Source of the DNA: Eledone cirrhosa | Lineage: Eukaryota | Reading direction: 5' to 3' | Assembly: GCA_964016885.1 (NCBI GenBank) | Contig: OZ024740.1 | Location: forward strand, 370,636,001-370,700,000 | Length of the DNA: 64,000 nt | Part shown: piece after piece, positions 1 to 14,626 of the stretch | Position numbering within the stretch: position 1 is the stretch's first letter | Layout: each line of letters opens with the position of its first letter | Made by a program: the position numbers and the translations under genes | The notes under the pieces: model-generated | What the model saw: the letters and a program-made list of their open reading frames with translations, nothing else | Told to the model about the DNA's origin: nothing | Database searches by the model: none

Positions 1-2820
1 TCTCCAATATAAGTGATCACCCTCAAACAAGAATTGAGAGCTGTTAGCGAAAAACGCCGATACCTGAGAGAAAAGTGCTTAATAAAAGATTCAGACGAAA
101 CCAAACATCAGTCACTGAGGCCCCATCCCAGAAAGACATAGATCCTTTTTGGAGAAAAATATGGGGTGAAAAGAAGAATTTCAACCAAGATGCAGTGTGG
201 CTAAGAGAAATCCGAAAGAACTATTGCTCCTACACTACAACAAAAAGATACGAAATAAGTGAGAGTACCCTTGAGACTGTGATAGGAAAACTCCAAGATA
301 AGAAAGCACCAGGAAGAGACATGATTGTCGGCTACTGGTACAAAAAAACTGATATTCTATCGGAGGTATCTTACTGACCTCTACCAACAAGTTCTTAAGG
401 GGGATACACTTATACCAGAATGGTTGACATTAGCACAAACATTACTGATCCCCAAGAACAAAGACACCCACTTGGCAAAAAACTGCCGACCATTGCATGC
501 CAGAGCCTGATGTATAAGATGTATACAGCCTGCCTGAACCTATTCCTCCAAGATCACTGTGAAAATAATAACATCATCACAGATGAACAAGCAGCTGGAA
601 AGAAAGGGGTTTGGGGATGTGCTGAACAACTCCTAATCAACAAAACTGCGATGTCGGAGGTGCGACAACTTAGGAGGAATATGACTACAGTCTGGATGGA
701 CTACAGGAAAGCTTTCGATTCTGTTCCCCACTCTTGGAGGATAGAGGCCCTCCAACTTGCTAAAGTCCCAGACATTATTGTCAGAGCCATAGAGAGGCTG
801 TCTTCTTCTTGAGCTACTATCCTAAGGTTACAGACAGAGAGGGAGGACTCTATTTTCACTGATAAAATAAAATATTGCAGGGGTATATTTCAGGGGGACA
901 GTCTCTCTGTGATATTATTCATCTTGTCATTAAATCCCTTGTCCTTTCTGCTCAAGAAATGTGAGGGATACATCATTGGCTCACAGAAGGGCATAAATAC
1001 GAACCTAACCCATAATTTCTTTGTGGACGATCTGAAACTCTATACCAAGAACATGGATGGGATGAAGAAAAATCTTGACCTGGTTACAATGTTCTCAAAG
1101 GATATAGGAATGGAGTTTGGCCAAGATAAATGCTCATACATGACTGTAAAGCGGAGGAAAACAACAACCCAATCTAGCAACATTGTCATCAATGGCTTAA
1201 CTGTTTCACCGATATCTAATGAGCACTGCTACAGATACCTGAGGATAGATGAGAACATATCCTATAATGGTATCTGTAATAAAGAACGCGTAACCAGGTA
1301 ATACTACACCCGATTAAGAAAGATCTGGTCATTGGAACTCACTGCGCAAAACAAAACAGTGGCTCACAATGTGTTTTCTGTGCCTGTCCTAACACAAACG
1401 TTTGGAATACTCAATTGGACGATAGAGGAAATCCGAGCAGTTGATATTGGAACTCGAAAAATACTGAACAACACCGGAAACTTCCACATCAACAGTGACA
1501 TAGACCGCCTTTACTTGAAACGTAAGCAGGGAGGCAGAGGCCTAACATCAGTCTAGACAACATTTGAATGTCGCATCATATCTCTCCGACAACATCTACG
1601 AACCTCGAAGCGGAGGAGCCCGTTTCTTGAGCAAGTCTATCTCCATGAAACAGATAAGATCATGAGAGTTGGGAAGGAACTGCTCGAGAGATATTCCCTG
1701 TGTGATAATCAAAATCTCACACCCAGGGATGTCGGTCAGCAGTATCGCAGTGAATCCATGGATGAAAAACTGCATGCTTATCAGCAAAAAATCATGCATG
1801 GATATGTTGCCAGGAAGCTCCAGAGTGAGAGTAATATAGATAAGGAAAGTAGTCTATCTTGGACTAACAACCGCTATATTGGCTCCCACTTTGAAGGATA
1901 CGCTTTTGCAATCCAGGAACAGGAGATTAACACGAAATACCTGATTCACAAAAGCGATAGGGATGCAGGCAAAACACCTAGATGTGATAACAAGTGCAGA
2001 CTCTGCAGAACTAACATCGAGGATATCACCCATGTCATCAGCAGCTGTCCAAAGATGTAATCGCGGTACTATCTACCTATGAGGCATGGTGTAGTGGCCA
2101 AAACACTGTACAATGCAGTTCGTAAAAAAGATAGCCCCGATAATAAACACATTAAAAGCTACAGCAATGTGGAAGACATCCATGTACATAATATGAAAGA
2201 GTACTGGTGGAATGTTCCAGTAAAAACCCCAATAAAATGCAGGCATAACAGACCAGATATTATGATATGGGACAGGGAGAAGAAAACATGCACAGTAGTG
2301 GAAATCGATGCCCAGCCAATATATCAAAGATTAGTGAAAAGGAGAATATTTATGCAGAACTGATGAGAAATTTGCAGATACTTCACCCTGATTACACCTT
2401 CCTATTTATGCCTGTGATTATTGGAGCACTGGGATATGTTAGTAACTGCCTCAATACAAATCTTGAGAAGCTAGGCTTCACAGGAACAGAAAGAACACAA
2501 CTAGTTAGGAAATTACAAGTACAATCCATTAATGGAACAGTAAAAATATGTAAAACATTCCAAAAATGTTGCTTCTAATAACTGCATATACACATGTACA
2601 GATGCAAAGCATATACACATGCACACATACAACTCAAAACATACATATCCACACATACACATCCACACATACAATAACATCCATATCTACACATGCATGC
2701 ATACATACATATCTACCTAGTTGATGTTGTGTAAATTCCAATGAGAGAGTATTGTGTCTATATTAGAAACCGACTCTCTCTCTATTGGTAAAACTTTGTG
2801 AAATTATAAAACCAGAAGAA
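1..2820 (+). mobile_element. R4/Dong-clade non-LTR retrotransposon (RT + CCHC + restriction-like endonuclease), frameshifted, 5' end outside window
   Basis: ORF pieces 75-2578 give RT motifs KAPGRD, WMDYRKAFDSVPH, GIFQGDSLS, FFVDDLK, RLYLKRKQGGRGL; zinc knuckle CRLCRTNIEDITHVISSC; REL motifs RH..VA and RPDIMIWD..VVEI. The 3' UTR ends AAAACCAGAAGAA directly into (CATA)n. Confidence 0.93.
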
Positions 2821-2834
2821 CATACATACATACG

Positions 2835-3169
2835 ACTAGTTATGAAATTACAAGTACAATCCATTAATGGAACATTAAAAATATGTAAAACATTCCAAAG
2901 ATTTTGCATCTAATAACTGCATATAAACGTACAAATACAAAACATATGCACATGTACACATATATTACATAAAATATCCACATCCATGTACACATATAAC
3001 TCAAAACATTAACATCCATACCTACATGCACACGCATGCATGCAGACACGCATACATATCAACCTAGTTGATGTTTAAATTCCCATGAGAGAATCTTGTA
3101 TCTAGGTTAGAAACCGACGCGCTCTTTCTCTCTCTCACTCTCTCTCTCTCTCTCCCCCTCTCTCTCTAC

Positions 3170-3201
<32 letters not shown>

Positions 3202-3206
3202 TTCTT

Positions 3207-3282
<76 letters not shown>

Positions 3283-3316
3283 GGTACAAATATATAAAAT
3301 TATAAAACCAGAAGAA
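2835..3316 (+). mobile_element. 5'-truncated second copy of the R4/Dong 3' end
   Basis: Matches about 2500-2820, ends with the same AAAACCAGAAGAA then (CATA)n, and has an internal (CT)n expansion. Confidence 0.88.
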
Positions 3317-4279
3317 CATACATACATATATACATACATACATACATACATACATACACACATACATACATACATACATATTCTAATTATATAAAGTGCC
3401 TTATGGGCAAGGGAAAGGAACCTTGGTTGTGCAGACCAACCTTGCTTTTGGCGTATTGGTTACTTCTGTTTTATTTTAGGCCTATGGTCTCCATTACAGG
3501 AATATTGGTAAGTAGGCTATTTAAAATCATAGGGGAAATGTTGCCAACTCTCAGTTTCTCGTAAATTTCTAAGAACTTTTTCGTTAAGTGTGTACTTGAA
3601 TATATTTCTTTATAATTCTATTAAGTTGTTTAGCAATTCTGTGAGTTGGTGCGTTGAATTTGGAGAATTTTGAGATTATAGGTCAGATAGGCTATTTTGC
3701 TTGTAAGTATTTACAATGTCATAGATTTGTGTTGAGAAAGGAATATATCCAATTTGTGCTTTTTCAATGATAATTAATTTATTGAATTCCATTTTTAGTT
3801 GTGCAGTGTTGCCACTCCTAATTCTGATGTTGCAAATGACAATACTGTTTTGTCATTTAGAACATTGTTGTTATTTATTTCTATGTTCATAATAACAAGT
3901 TGTTCTTATCGCCTTCCATATGATAATTTTATCGTTGTTTTTTCAGGTTCTTCAGAGCTAGTTTAAGATTCTTGATAAGTACGCTTTTGTTGCGTTTATA
4001 TCTCTGTTTATTGTTTTCACACCTGAATACTACGCGTAGTTTTCAGTCATTCAGATGTTGATACCGATAAGATCTTGAAACATTAATGGATTTACGAACG
4101 CTAGCGTTCTAAACCAAATACTAATACGGAAATGTGAAAAGGTTTTAAGAAAAAAGATTAAATTCAAACACTCTCATATCTCTGTATATGGGGGAGTGCA
4201 TGTATATATGTATATATATATATGAGTGGGCGTATATTCAATATAATATATGCGTGGACGCAAATATGCTACTGTTGCT

Positions 4280-4610
4280 TTAACCAGTAACTCCTGGAGG
4301 AGTCGTAGGGGCGCCATATTGACATACGGCGTTTGTAGGGCATTTTTAAACCTGGTGGAGCCTATTTCCTCTCCAGGTCTGAATACAGCAGATTTCTTCC
4401 AGACAAGGATAGAGTGAGAGAAAGGAAATGAGAACGAGATATAGAGGAAGAATCGACCCCAGTACTAGACTGGTACTTTTTTATCGACCTTAGATGGGTG
4501 AAAGGTAAAGTTGACTTTGGCGAGATTTAAACTCAGAGAACAGAGAGTCGGGACAAAAACTGCAAAACATTCTATCCGACGTGTTAACGACTCTGTCAAT
4601 TCGCCGCCTG
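4280..4610 (-). mobile_element. SINE family B (other copies about 4995-5255 +, 26566-26840 -, 58390-58725 +)
   Basis: Four dispersed similar copies with a B-box-like GAGTTCAAAT, core CTTTCATCC..GGTCGATAAAAAAGTACCAG and shared tail GTCAATATGGYGCC...CTCAGGAGTTAC. Confidence 0.75.
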
Positions 4611-5489
4611 AGTGCATCTATAAGGAATAGCTAATAAGGTCATTTCATAAAAGTTCAGAGTTCGATACCACATCGCGCTCTCTTGAGCTGTAACGTAGCC
4701 TATGGTCGACCTATGTGAAATAATTTAGACGACTAACGAAGTTATTGTATTGGTAATTTGAGAGCCAACCTTATCACATTGTGACACGCTGAATCTCTCT
4801 GATAATTGAATTAAGGGTTAATGTGTCTTCGAAATTCTCAACAGTTTACATGCTAATTTTTTTTTTTTTTTAATCGGGCGTTACGTTAGTCAAATGCTAG
4901 TGCATTCGTCGTTGTGTGTGTGTGTGTGAAGGTGTTAGCGTTTGTATCTGTGTGGGGGTGTGGTATGTGCGTGTGTGTAAACGGTAAATTTGATGTAGGT
5001 ATATTAGAGTTTGCTATGGTCAACTTTGTCTTTCATCCTTTCGAGGTCGATAAAAAAAAGTACCTGTTTAGTACTGGGGACGATTCTTCCTCTATATTTG
5101 TTTCTCATTTCCTCTTTCTCACTTTCTATCATTCTCTGGAAAAAATCTGTTGTACTCAGGCCTGGAAAGGGATGGGCTCCGCCAGGCTTATAATGTCCAA
5201 GAAAGGCCGTGTGTCAATACGGTGCCCCTATGACTCCCTCAGGAGTTACGGGACCATACATACATACTAGAGTTTATAAAGTTCGCTTTATAAACTCTAG
5301 TATGTATAAAATTAAACTTGTAAAAATCATTGTGCTATTTTGTACACAGAAACTATTATTTTTATCGTTGTTATTATTATTAACATTGATTTGCTTAGTA
5401 TAGTTTTAAGTACACAGGTATTTAAAACACCAATTTCGTTATACATATATATATGTTCTTACATATATTTTATCACATGATCCACATGA

Positions 5490-5800
5490 CAGGTGCAATG
5501 TGTCCGAACACGGAAGAGCCGAACTCCCACCGTCATCGGCCCCATCTCTCTCGCCCTCCCCATCTCTCTATATAGTGAGCAAATGGGGTCATGCGTGCAG
5601 GCCGTCCCACAACCCCGGCGGACAAAATGGATAAGGCGTTACCCCGGAGGATGGTAAGGGAGATGCGCTGGAAGAGCCATTCCATCTCGAAAGGCTCACA
5701 CCTGCGGCTGGCCAGCTCAGCGCCTATGGTAATGAGTAGGGAGGTATCCCTAGAGCCAAGGGCACCAGAAGTCTCCACTGCCAAGGGCGCGACCGCAAAC
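5490..5800 (-). mobile_element. 3' end of a CRE-like non-LTR retrotransposon (REL endonuclease C-terminus)
   Basis: FAPLAVETSGALG...WLFQRISLTILRGNALSIL resembles the C-terminus of CRE-clade ORFs; GC-rich island. Confidence 0.75.
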
Positions 5801-6170
5801 CTTAGTATAGTTATTGTTGGATGAAAGTGAAGAGAATAGTGTAAGTGCTAGAGGTTCAAAATACTGGCGGCGGTGGCAGTGTTGGTAGATCTCCATAATA
5901 AAAGCAGTGTTGTTGAAGCTGGTGATCTATAATGGATTTTGTAATCATACATTGATACAGTGTCGTATTAGTAATTGTACTAATATATTTTGTACATTGT
6001 GTTGTTTTCTGATTAATCGGTTGAACATATTTATCACATTCGTCGTCGTTCTTATTGACGTCATTATACATCGCCATATAAGTTATCACCCTCATCTACA
6101 ATGTCATCGTCACCAACATCATTTAGAACCATCTTAATCAAGATCGTAATCATACTCATTTCGTTCTCTC

Positions 6171-6265
<95 letters not shown>

Positions 6266-6285
6266 CGCTCTCGCTCATTCCCTTA

Positions 6286-6368
<83 letters not shown>

Positions 6369-6673
6369 GTGTGTGTCTGTATAATCAGGGAGAGAGAAGT
6401 GAGTGAGTAAGGAGATATATGAAATGACAGGCAGAAACACACTCATTTAAACTTATAGATAGATGTATGGAAAGACAGGCAAACAGTGAAATATACAGGC
6501 AAAGAATGTTCTTAGTATACGAATATAAACTTAACAATTTAACAACGAGTACAATATATTCCTACTAATATTCTTCGCTGCTGCATATACATACACATAC
6601 AGAGATATACACATACATACACACATACACACAAACATACATACATACATGCGTGCATATATATATATATATA

Positions 6674-6738
<65 letters not shown>

Positions 6739-7860
6739 TAAGATCAAAAGATGGTTAAAAGAGTTCCATGTATTTTATTATGCGCATTTCAAAAACAAAT
6801 ATCATCATGCAATGACATTTGCGTTTTCGTCAGATAAAATAGGGAGACATGATATGAAGGTTAAAAAACACTTGTGAATAGTGCAGTTTTAAATCAACAT
6901 ATGAAAAGTAGTTTTAGATTGATGTGTGATATTGTGAAAAAATTGAGGGGGGGGGGGGTGGAAAGGATGAAAAAGAGGAGGAGATGAGAGTAAAGAATGG
7001 AGGGGGAGGAGTATAATAAGGAAGGATGAGATAGGAGGAGAGATGGGTGATAGAGAGAGAGAGAGATAGCTTTTATAACTGAGAAAAATATATTGTTTTA
7101 CAGAGAGAGGTTAAAAAACCGTTGGAAGATAATATATAAATTAAAAGAATTTGAAAATTAACGAAGAGAAAAATTTTAAGAATAATATTAAATTAAGGTT
7201 TGTATATTGAAGGGTTTAATAATATGAGCGATGAAAAGAAATTGTTAATATGTATTAAGAATAATATTAAGTTAAGGTTTGAATATTGAAGGGTTTAATA
7301 ATATGTGCGATGGAAAGAAATTGTTGATATGTATTATTAAAAAAAATATAAAAATAGTAATGTAATTAAGGATATATTGTGAAAAGAAGTAGAATAGTGG
7401 ATGAATATGTGTAATATGTAGAAGTTAGATGAGCATGAAAGGGAGAAAAAATAATGAATTGAGGATGAATAATCTAACGTCAAAAAAAATGTTTATGTTT
7501 ACGAAGGATTTTTCAAGGTGATATTATAAAGTATTTAAAATGGTAATAGTAAATTTTATGGCCAGTGATAGGATGGAAGAAGGAAGAGTGGATATATTGT
7601 GGTGAGTAATAATGAGAATTGAGAAGTATCTAGGAAGAAAAGGTACAGATTAGAGGTTAGAAATTAAAAGAAAAAAGGAAAAAAGAAAGAAAGGGAAGTG
7701 ATAAATAGGAGTGATATAGAATGAGTAACTAGTATTATATAATGTATAATAAATAACATTGAAATAAGGTAGAAATATGGGTATATTTTTAAAGAAATAT
7801 ATATGTATATATATATGTGCCTTTGAGAAAAAGGATTTTAAATTGGTAAAGTATTAGATA

Positions 7861-8500
7861 TTAGCTGTATACTTTATGGAATGTTCTGTGGAATGTATGC
7901 AAGCAGAGAGAAAACAAGTCAGTGCGTCTATTTATTATAGAATCTAAATTAGATATAATGGTAAATTTCTCACATAAACAGAGATTACATGTCTTGGATA
8001 GAGAAGCATTCAAGTATTTGAAGGTTTGTTCCGCTTCTCTCAATCTGGGATCTAGTCAGGTCACTATTGTTCATGACCATAATAAGTGCCTTATTTAATA
8101 GGATAGGGGAAATAGAGGTGTAGTATGAATTGATATCAAACTGTATAAATTTTTTATTTTTGTTCTCTTTAATATCCTTAAACCATTCAATAACTTCACC
8201 TGTATTTCCCCACTGGTTAAGATATATTTTGTGATAATCTGTGGGATGATTTTATCTAATATTTTCTTACTGATAATACCAATGTCAGATTTGGAAGGGC
8301 AGATTAGTCTTATCGAAGGGTTACTAATGAAATCTTCCTTGTGGCCCTTCAGAGAGAATCTTGGGGGGGGGTGTATGGCTGTGTATGTCTCTGAAGTCCC
8401 AATTTACACACTATACTACGGCCTTCCAAATTAATATCTTCTAGGTTTTTAATAGTAGTTTTCCTATAGCTCCTACGTAGTTCTTTATATATAAATTTTC
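7861..8500 (-). mobile_element. Internally deleted Penelope-like element (RT N-part joined to GIY-YIG C-terminus)
   Basis: Minus strand reads LKGHKEDFISNPSIRLICPSKSDIGIISKKILDKI...KFIQFDINSYYTSI, then jumps to KTCNLCLCEKFTII...INRRTDLFSLCLH. Confidence 0.82.
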
Positions 8501-9361
8501 AATATGTATCATAATCTAGGCTATATATATTATTAGTTTTATATATATACAAAGTTTTATCTATATACAAAGAGAGAGGGGGTAAGAAACTCTCAGGAGA
8601 GCGGGATAGCAGGTCTTCTGCTAATTAAGCCACCTATACTAGAAGCTATCAACCACTTCTATTGATTCTTCCTGTGACTTGAAGAGTCACACCCTTGATT
8701 ACTCCTCTGCATCTTCTACATACAAAGTCTTCCCTTCCTGTTAGTCTACCCGTTATTCCACTACATCTCTTGTGTACCCAAGATTTATATTGTGCACCCG
8801 TATGGAGTTTAGGCCTACTCCTTTTCTACTTATTGAGCAAGGTCACTTCCCTGAAGGGATAAAGGTCCTATCTTATTTCCTACTCACTAGCACTATAGTT
8901 TTGGCTAAGTTTACTCTCAGGCTCTTTGATTCAAAATTCCGCTAACAGCTCCTCTATACATGGCTAGCACTGTTCTCTTAATTTTCTTAGGGGTCACCAG
9001 ATATTTCTGGGTCCAGAAATAGCCGTCGAAACGGCTTGAGCTCTGCCGTCGGGGTCATACTTTTTTCCTATTTCCCACTCTACAACCCTAAGTATTGAGT
9101 ACTTTGGTGCGTTATGGTCCATCTGGTTCTTTACCATAATTCCTTTGTTATATATATATATATATATATTTTAGGATTTTTCCCATCTACAAATTTAAAG
9201 ACAACGCTTCCTACATCCAGCGCATTACCAAGGTATTGTAAATAAATTAATGTTTTGATATTTCACTGAAAAAATCTCTTCAACATTTTCTACTGAAAAA
9301 ATCTTTTTCCTTTCTGCTATTCGTTTTTATATATATCAACTCGTGTGTTACTTTTCTACAT

Positions 9362-9408
<47 letters not shown>

Positions 9409-9834
9409 GATGTCGCCAGGATCTTATGTAACCTGACCACTGTAATCTACATAGTGTTTGCAGAAGGAATTTCACCAGCCCGGCCTCCTGTCACTAAATA
9501 ATATATATATTAGTACCTCGATTTCGGAATAATTCTAAGAGCGGATGGGTATATATATATATATATATATATATCAAATACATGTTTTCCTATGGTTGAG
9601 TGATGAATTACACGCCTCCTAGTGAAGAACCAATTAGATCATTTTCTCAGTTTACAGGAAAATTCGTTTTTGTTTTTGCATGTTTTCACGCCTACATATT
9701 AGATATGTGTATATAGTATTTATACACGTTCGTGGATTATTGGTTGCACACTCTGTATTTATACAGATATAAAATTATCACATATATGTGTGTGTGTATG
9801 CGTGTGAGAGACCACCTTTCTGTATGTATATACA

Positions 9835-9905
<71 letters not shown>

Positions 9906-10035
9906 AGTGAGACACAGTGAGTGGGAGCAAAAGACAGGTTTATAATTTAATTAAAATACCAAATAATCTCTACATTGTTCAGGGCTTCTGCTGACATTTC
10001 AAAACGCCAATTTCTTTTAATATATATTGTCAAAT

Positions 10036-10160
<125 letters not shown>

Positions 10161-10334
10161 CATACATATGAACATGTATGTATATATATACATATATATA
10201 TAAAAATCGTGAAGCCACAAACCCAATTTCTGTTAAGTGTACAGTTGATTGAATAGACGTCAGTCTGGAATTGGAAATTCTTTTTCAGAAACCGTGTGGA
10301 TAAATAAATAGATATATATATTTGTGTATGTATG

Positions 10335-10401
<67 letters not shown>

Positions 10402-10715
10402 CTACATATATGTACTTACGAGAAAACACTCACACATACACGCTCTATATATAAAATGATTATTTTTTCTGCTAGATGCCTTCGATCACCGTCCTTTAAA
10501 ACAATACCAACAAATGTGTTTTATACACCAACGCCCGATTCAAAAGTTTCACAATAGATGGCGTCTTGAATAGACTTGTTTTTTTCTCTCAGAATATGTT
10601 TTTTCTCCATATTTTTGCCACTGCCCACTCTCCCCTAACATTCTATTTCTTTGTAAGTTCTCATTGTATTTTCTAATCAAGGAATAGTGTCCGAAACGTA
10701 TGACTTATCTATGTA

Positions 10716-10807
<92 letters not shown>

Positions 10808-10839
10808 TATATATATATACATATGTATATACATATCTT

Positions 10840-10884
<45 letters not shown>

Positions 10885-10919
10885 AGCAAGTCAAGACCAT
10901 AAGCTCACATAGAAGACAT

Positions 10920-12270
10920 TAGTCGAAAAGTATCAACATTAAGTGCAGTTTAATATAAAAAAAGGGGGTAATAATGTCAGTTTACAATTGTTTCACTACT
11001 CCATATAATGTTTCTGGATCAATCGATGGTAATATCGTTATTTATTTGGTGCAGAGAAAGATAATTAACATAATATATGAATAATTTTATGGAGCAGCTC
11101 CTCGGAACTTGAAGTTAGATAATGAAATTATTAACATGCATAAAGTAGAAATAAAATAAAATAAAAGAAGAGGGTTACGTGTCCGTAAATAATCGTCACA
11201 TTAGCAGGTCCCTAGATGGGGTCCCTTGTCACTGGAAAATTCAAGTGTATGGTATAAAGAAACGTTACATATCTGTCGAGGCTGAAAGTAAACTATGCCG
11301 CCAAACGCACAACAAGATTGCTTCTTGTGGGGAAATTACCTTATTGTACAGAGATGGGTTTCAAGGGAGGCAACTCCTTGAGGATCCAAATTCGTCAATG
11401 AGAGTTGTAACTAAGATAATGTCAAAGAGGTAGCTTATAGGTAAAGTTATAATGAGATATGTGACTAAGATAATGCGAGGGAGGTAACTTATAGGTGTTT
11501 ACGTGGTGGACTAAATATGTTTTAGTTTGTTAGTTATAGGGAGAAGGGTGATTAAATAATAGGCTAATGTGGGTCAAATATTCTGTTAGCGAAGGAGCTC
11601 GCTCTGCGGTGGTGGCAGTTGATGACCAACTCATTCTTGTCATTTATGGGGGGTGGCCTTGACAGAGTTATGTGATAGACCTCGGTGAGACAGAGATCGC
11701 AACAAATCTTCTCCCGTTAATCACTGGAGATCTAGCCAAGATAGCCCAAGTTAGTGAGTTTTCAATGTTGGCCAGTTTAAGGTTTTTAACGAGCCTGGCT
11801 AGAGAAGTAGAGCATCTATGGCCAAGGTCGCGGAAGGAAAATGAGTGCGCGTTATATCGAACCTTAAATGTAGAGCCAATATAGGAGTTAGTAGATGAGG
11901 CCGTTCTAACGATGCACCTATATACGATATTGGGCATAAGGCACTGCCCGTGAAGCGGGCATGGAGTGGTGTTACGGCAGTTGTAATTAGGATTGCGATT
12001 AGTGGGAGCAGGGTTGTTTAAGCTGTGCTGCTGGTGTGTACTAATGGGATTGGAGGGGGTTTCTGCTATTAGGATGAGTATTGGTGTGGTTGCATGGGGT
12101 ACTCATAGGGGAGGGTGCGCAGTGGGGGGTTATATCTTTTTAGTTTATGATGGTTGCATTTAGCATGCAACCATCATAAACTAACCAATACTCATCCTAG
12201 TAGCAGAACCCAACCCCCTTCCAATCCCATTAGTACACACCAGCAGCACAGCTTAAACAACCCTGCTCCC
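10920..12270 (-). mobile_element. PLE 3' fragment: GIY-YIG, 3' region with HHR, 5' inversion
   Basis: NCRNTTPCPLHGQCLMPNIVYRCIV...SYIGSTFKVRYNAHSFSF (about 11600-11990); HHR at 10979-11109; inverted duplication at 12165-12270. Confidence 0.87.
10979..11109 (-). ncRNA. Type I hammerhead motif with long helix II (core has U4C)
   Basis: agtt CCGAGGA gctgctccata (about 80 nt) tatggagtagt GAAA caattg TA aact: 4-bp stem I, 11-bp helix II, palindromic helix III. Confidence 0.72.
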
Positions 12271-12302
12271 ATATATATATTTATATATATATAGAGAGAG
12301 AG

Positions 12303-13125
12303 AGAATTAGTATATCTACCAACATATGTATACAGATGTATACCGATGCTAGCAAATATATATGTTATGTCTTAGTACCTTTGTGGTTCTATGCAGGGGG
12401 TGCAGAACAATTATATGAAAGACGTAAAATAAGAAAATTTTAAAATTAACTTACTTACTAAAATTTTCACTCCAACTAATTAGTTTCTGTAAGGGAATAA
12501 ATATAGTTACGCAACGCAACTATAGAGAAGTCCTTATGTCATCAGGGAGTCTATTCTCAGCTAAGTTCCCAGGAAATGCGCGGACACTAGGAACCCATAT
12601 AAAAATAATAATTCAGTGGATGGAAAAAAGCTAGCGGGGACTAGATTCCAGGGCACTGAAAAAATTCACTGCCTACTTGGTCAGTGGCAAATTCTAAAAA
12701 ATCAATCACGTGACACTGAGGTTAATCAGTGAGGAGTGGGGTGAAATTAAGACAAGAGCCTAACTACTACCATGAACCATAGCAGTAAATTTCGGCAAGT
12801 TTTGCTCAACAAATAATTTGGAGATAAATATAGAGAATTAGTATATCTACCAACATATGTATACAGATGTATACCGATGCTAGCAAATATATATGTTATG
12901 TCTTAGTACCTTTGTGGTTCTATGCAGGGGGATGCAGAACAATTATATGAAAGACGTAAAATAAGAAAATTTTAAAATTAACTTACTTACTAAAATTTTC
13001 ACTCCATTTTCACTTCTCTATAGTTGCGTTGCGTAACTATATTTATTCCCTTACAGAAACTAATTAGTTGGAGTGAAAATTTTAGTAAGTTAATTTTAAA
13101 ATTTTCTTATTTTACGTCTTTCATA
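12303..13125. mobile_element. PLE pseudo-LTR fragments (direct plus inverted partial copies); related copy at 16332-16770
   Basis: 12303-12473 is repeated at about 12833-13005; 13011-13125 is the inverse of about 12415-12531; flanked by (TA)n; carries an HHR. Confidence 0.75.
12469..12550 (-). ncRNA. Type I hammerhead ribozyme
   Basis: actcc CTGATGA ca taagg...cctta ca GAAA ctaattag TT ggagt. Confidence 0.78.
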
Positions 13126-13140
13126 TATATATATATATAT

Positions 13141-13411
13141 ATATATTGGTAAACGGAATAGAAAATGCTGACAAATTGTTCACAGTTGCCACCCACACCC
13201 AGCGCATCAGCAAGGAATCTTACTTCATTAACAAATACGGATCCCGTCTAAACACTTCTCCCTAAGACGAACCCACAACATACACACGTCAACATACATA
13301 CCTACATCAGCACACATCTCTACCCACATATAAACACAATGACATACGTAAACACACGTGCTCTATGGTGCAACACAAAAAAATATGTGCATATATATAT
13401 GTATATATATG

Positions 13412-13457
<46 letters not shown>

Positions 13458-13795
13458 ATATATGTATGTGTATATATATATATTGAATATCATTTCACAC
13501 CTTTTATTGTTAAGATTTTTGATGTTCTATTAAGAGAACCGATTTTACTGAAAAAATCGAATAATGTACACCATTTTACCAGGGAGAAAAAAATACTGGT
13601 CCACACACACACACACATATATATATACACACACATACATCAACATACAAAGAGACTTATATATATACACACACACACACACGCACTTCTCCGTATAAGA
13701 CAAAAGCTGAAAAATATCTTTTGACATGCTAAAATACCCCCATTGCTTTCAGACACATTCTTACTGACCATCCCTGCCACCACGAATTACTCTGC

Positions 13796-13832
<37 letters not shown>

Positions 13833-13903
13833 ATCTTAATAGCCATTTAACACACATCGCTGCTAACCATTATCACAACATCGAACACCTTACTACTACT
13901 ACT

Positions 13904-13979
<76 letters not shown>

Positions 13980-14493
13980 TTTTTGTGAAAGAGTCATTTC
14001 TCAATCTTGGCACAAAACCAATGTTTTATTCACATGACCTCTACCGACCAATCAAAATTGTTTTGACCACAAGAATTTTTGCTGGAGCCACTTTTTTAAC
14101 ATAAAAACAGTCTTGGCGCAAAATCAATTTTTTACATTCACGTAACCTCTACCGACCAATCAAAATTGTTTTGACCACAAGAATTTTTGCAACACCAAAG
14201 TAACGCTGGAGCCACTTTTTAAACATAAAAACAGGTAGAATTCCCAAAACTAATCAGATCAGAGCAAACAGCACGGACACTCTATCTCAAAATTATTTTT
14301 GAAAAGCATTTAGAAATGCGCAACCGGTAAAAACTTAAAAACTTAAAACCACAACTGAATACTAACCTATACAATAACTAATACTCTTTTATTCCTAATT
14401 AAACCATTTTTCAACTGTGAACAATTTGTCAGCATTTTCTATTCCGTTTACCAATATATAATAACTTGTGTGTTACACCTCTATTCTTTTAAC

Positions 14494-14567
<74 letters not shown>

Positions 14568-14568
14568 T

Positions 14569-14626
<58 letters not shown>

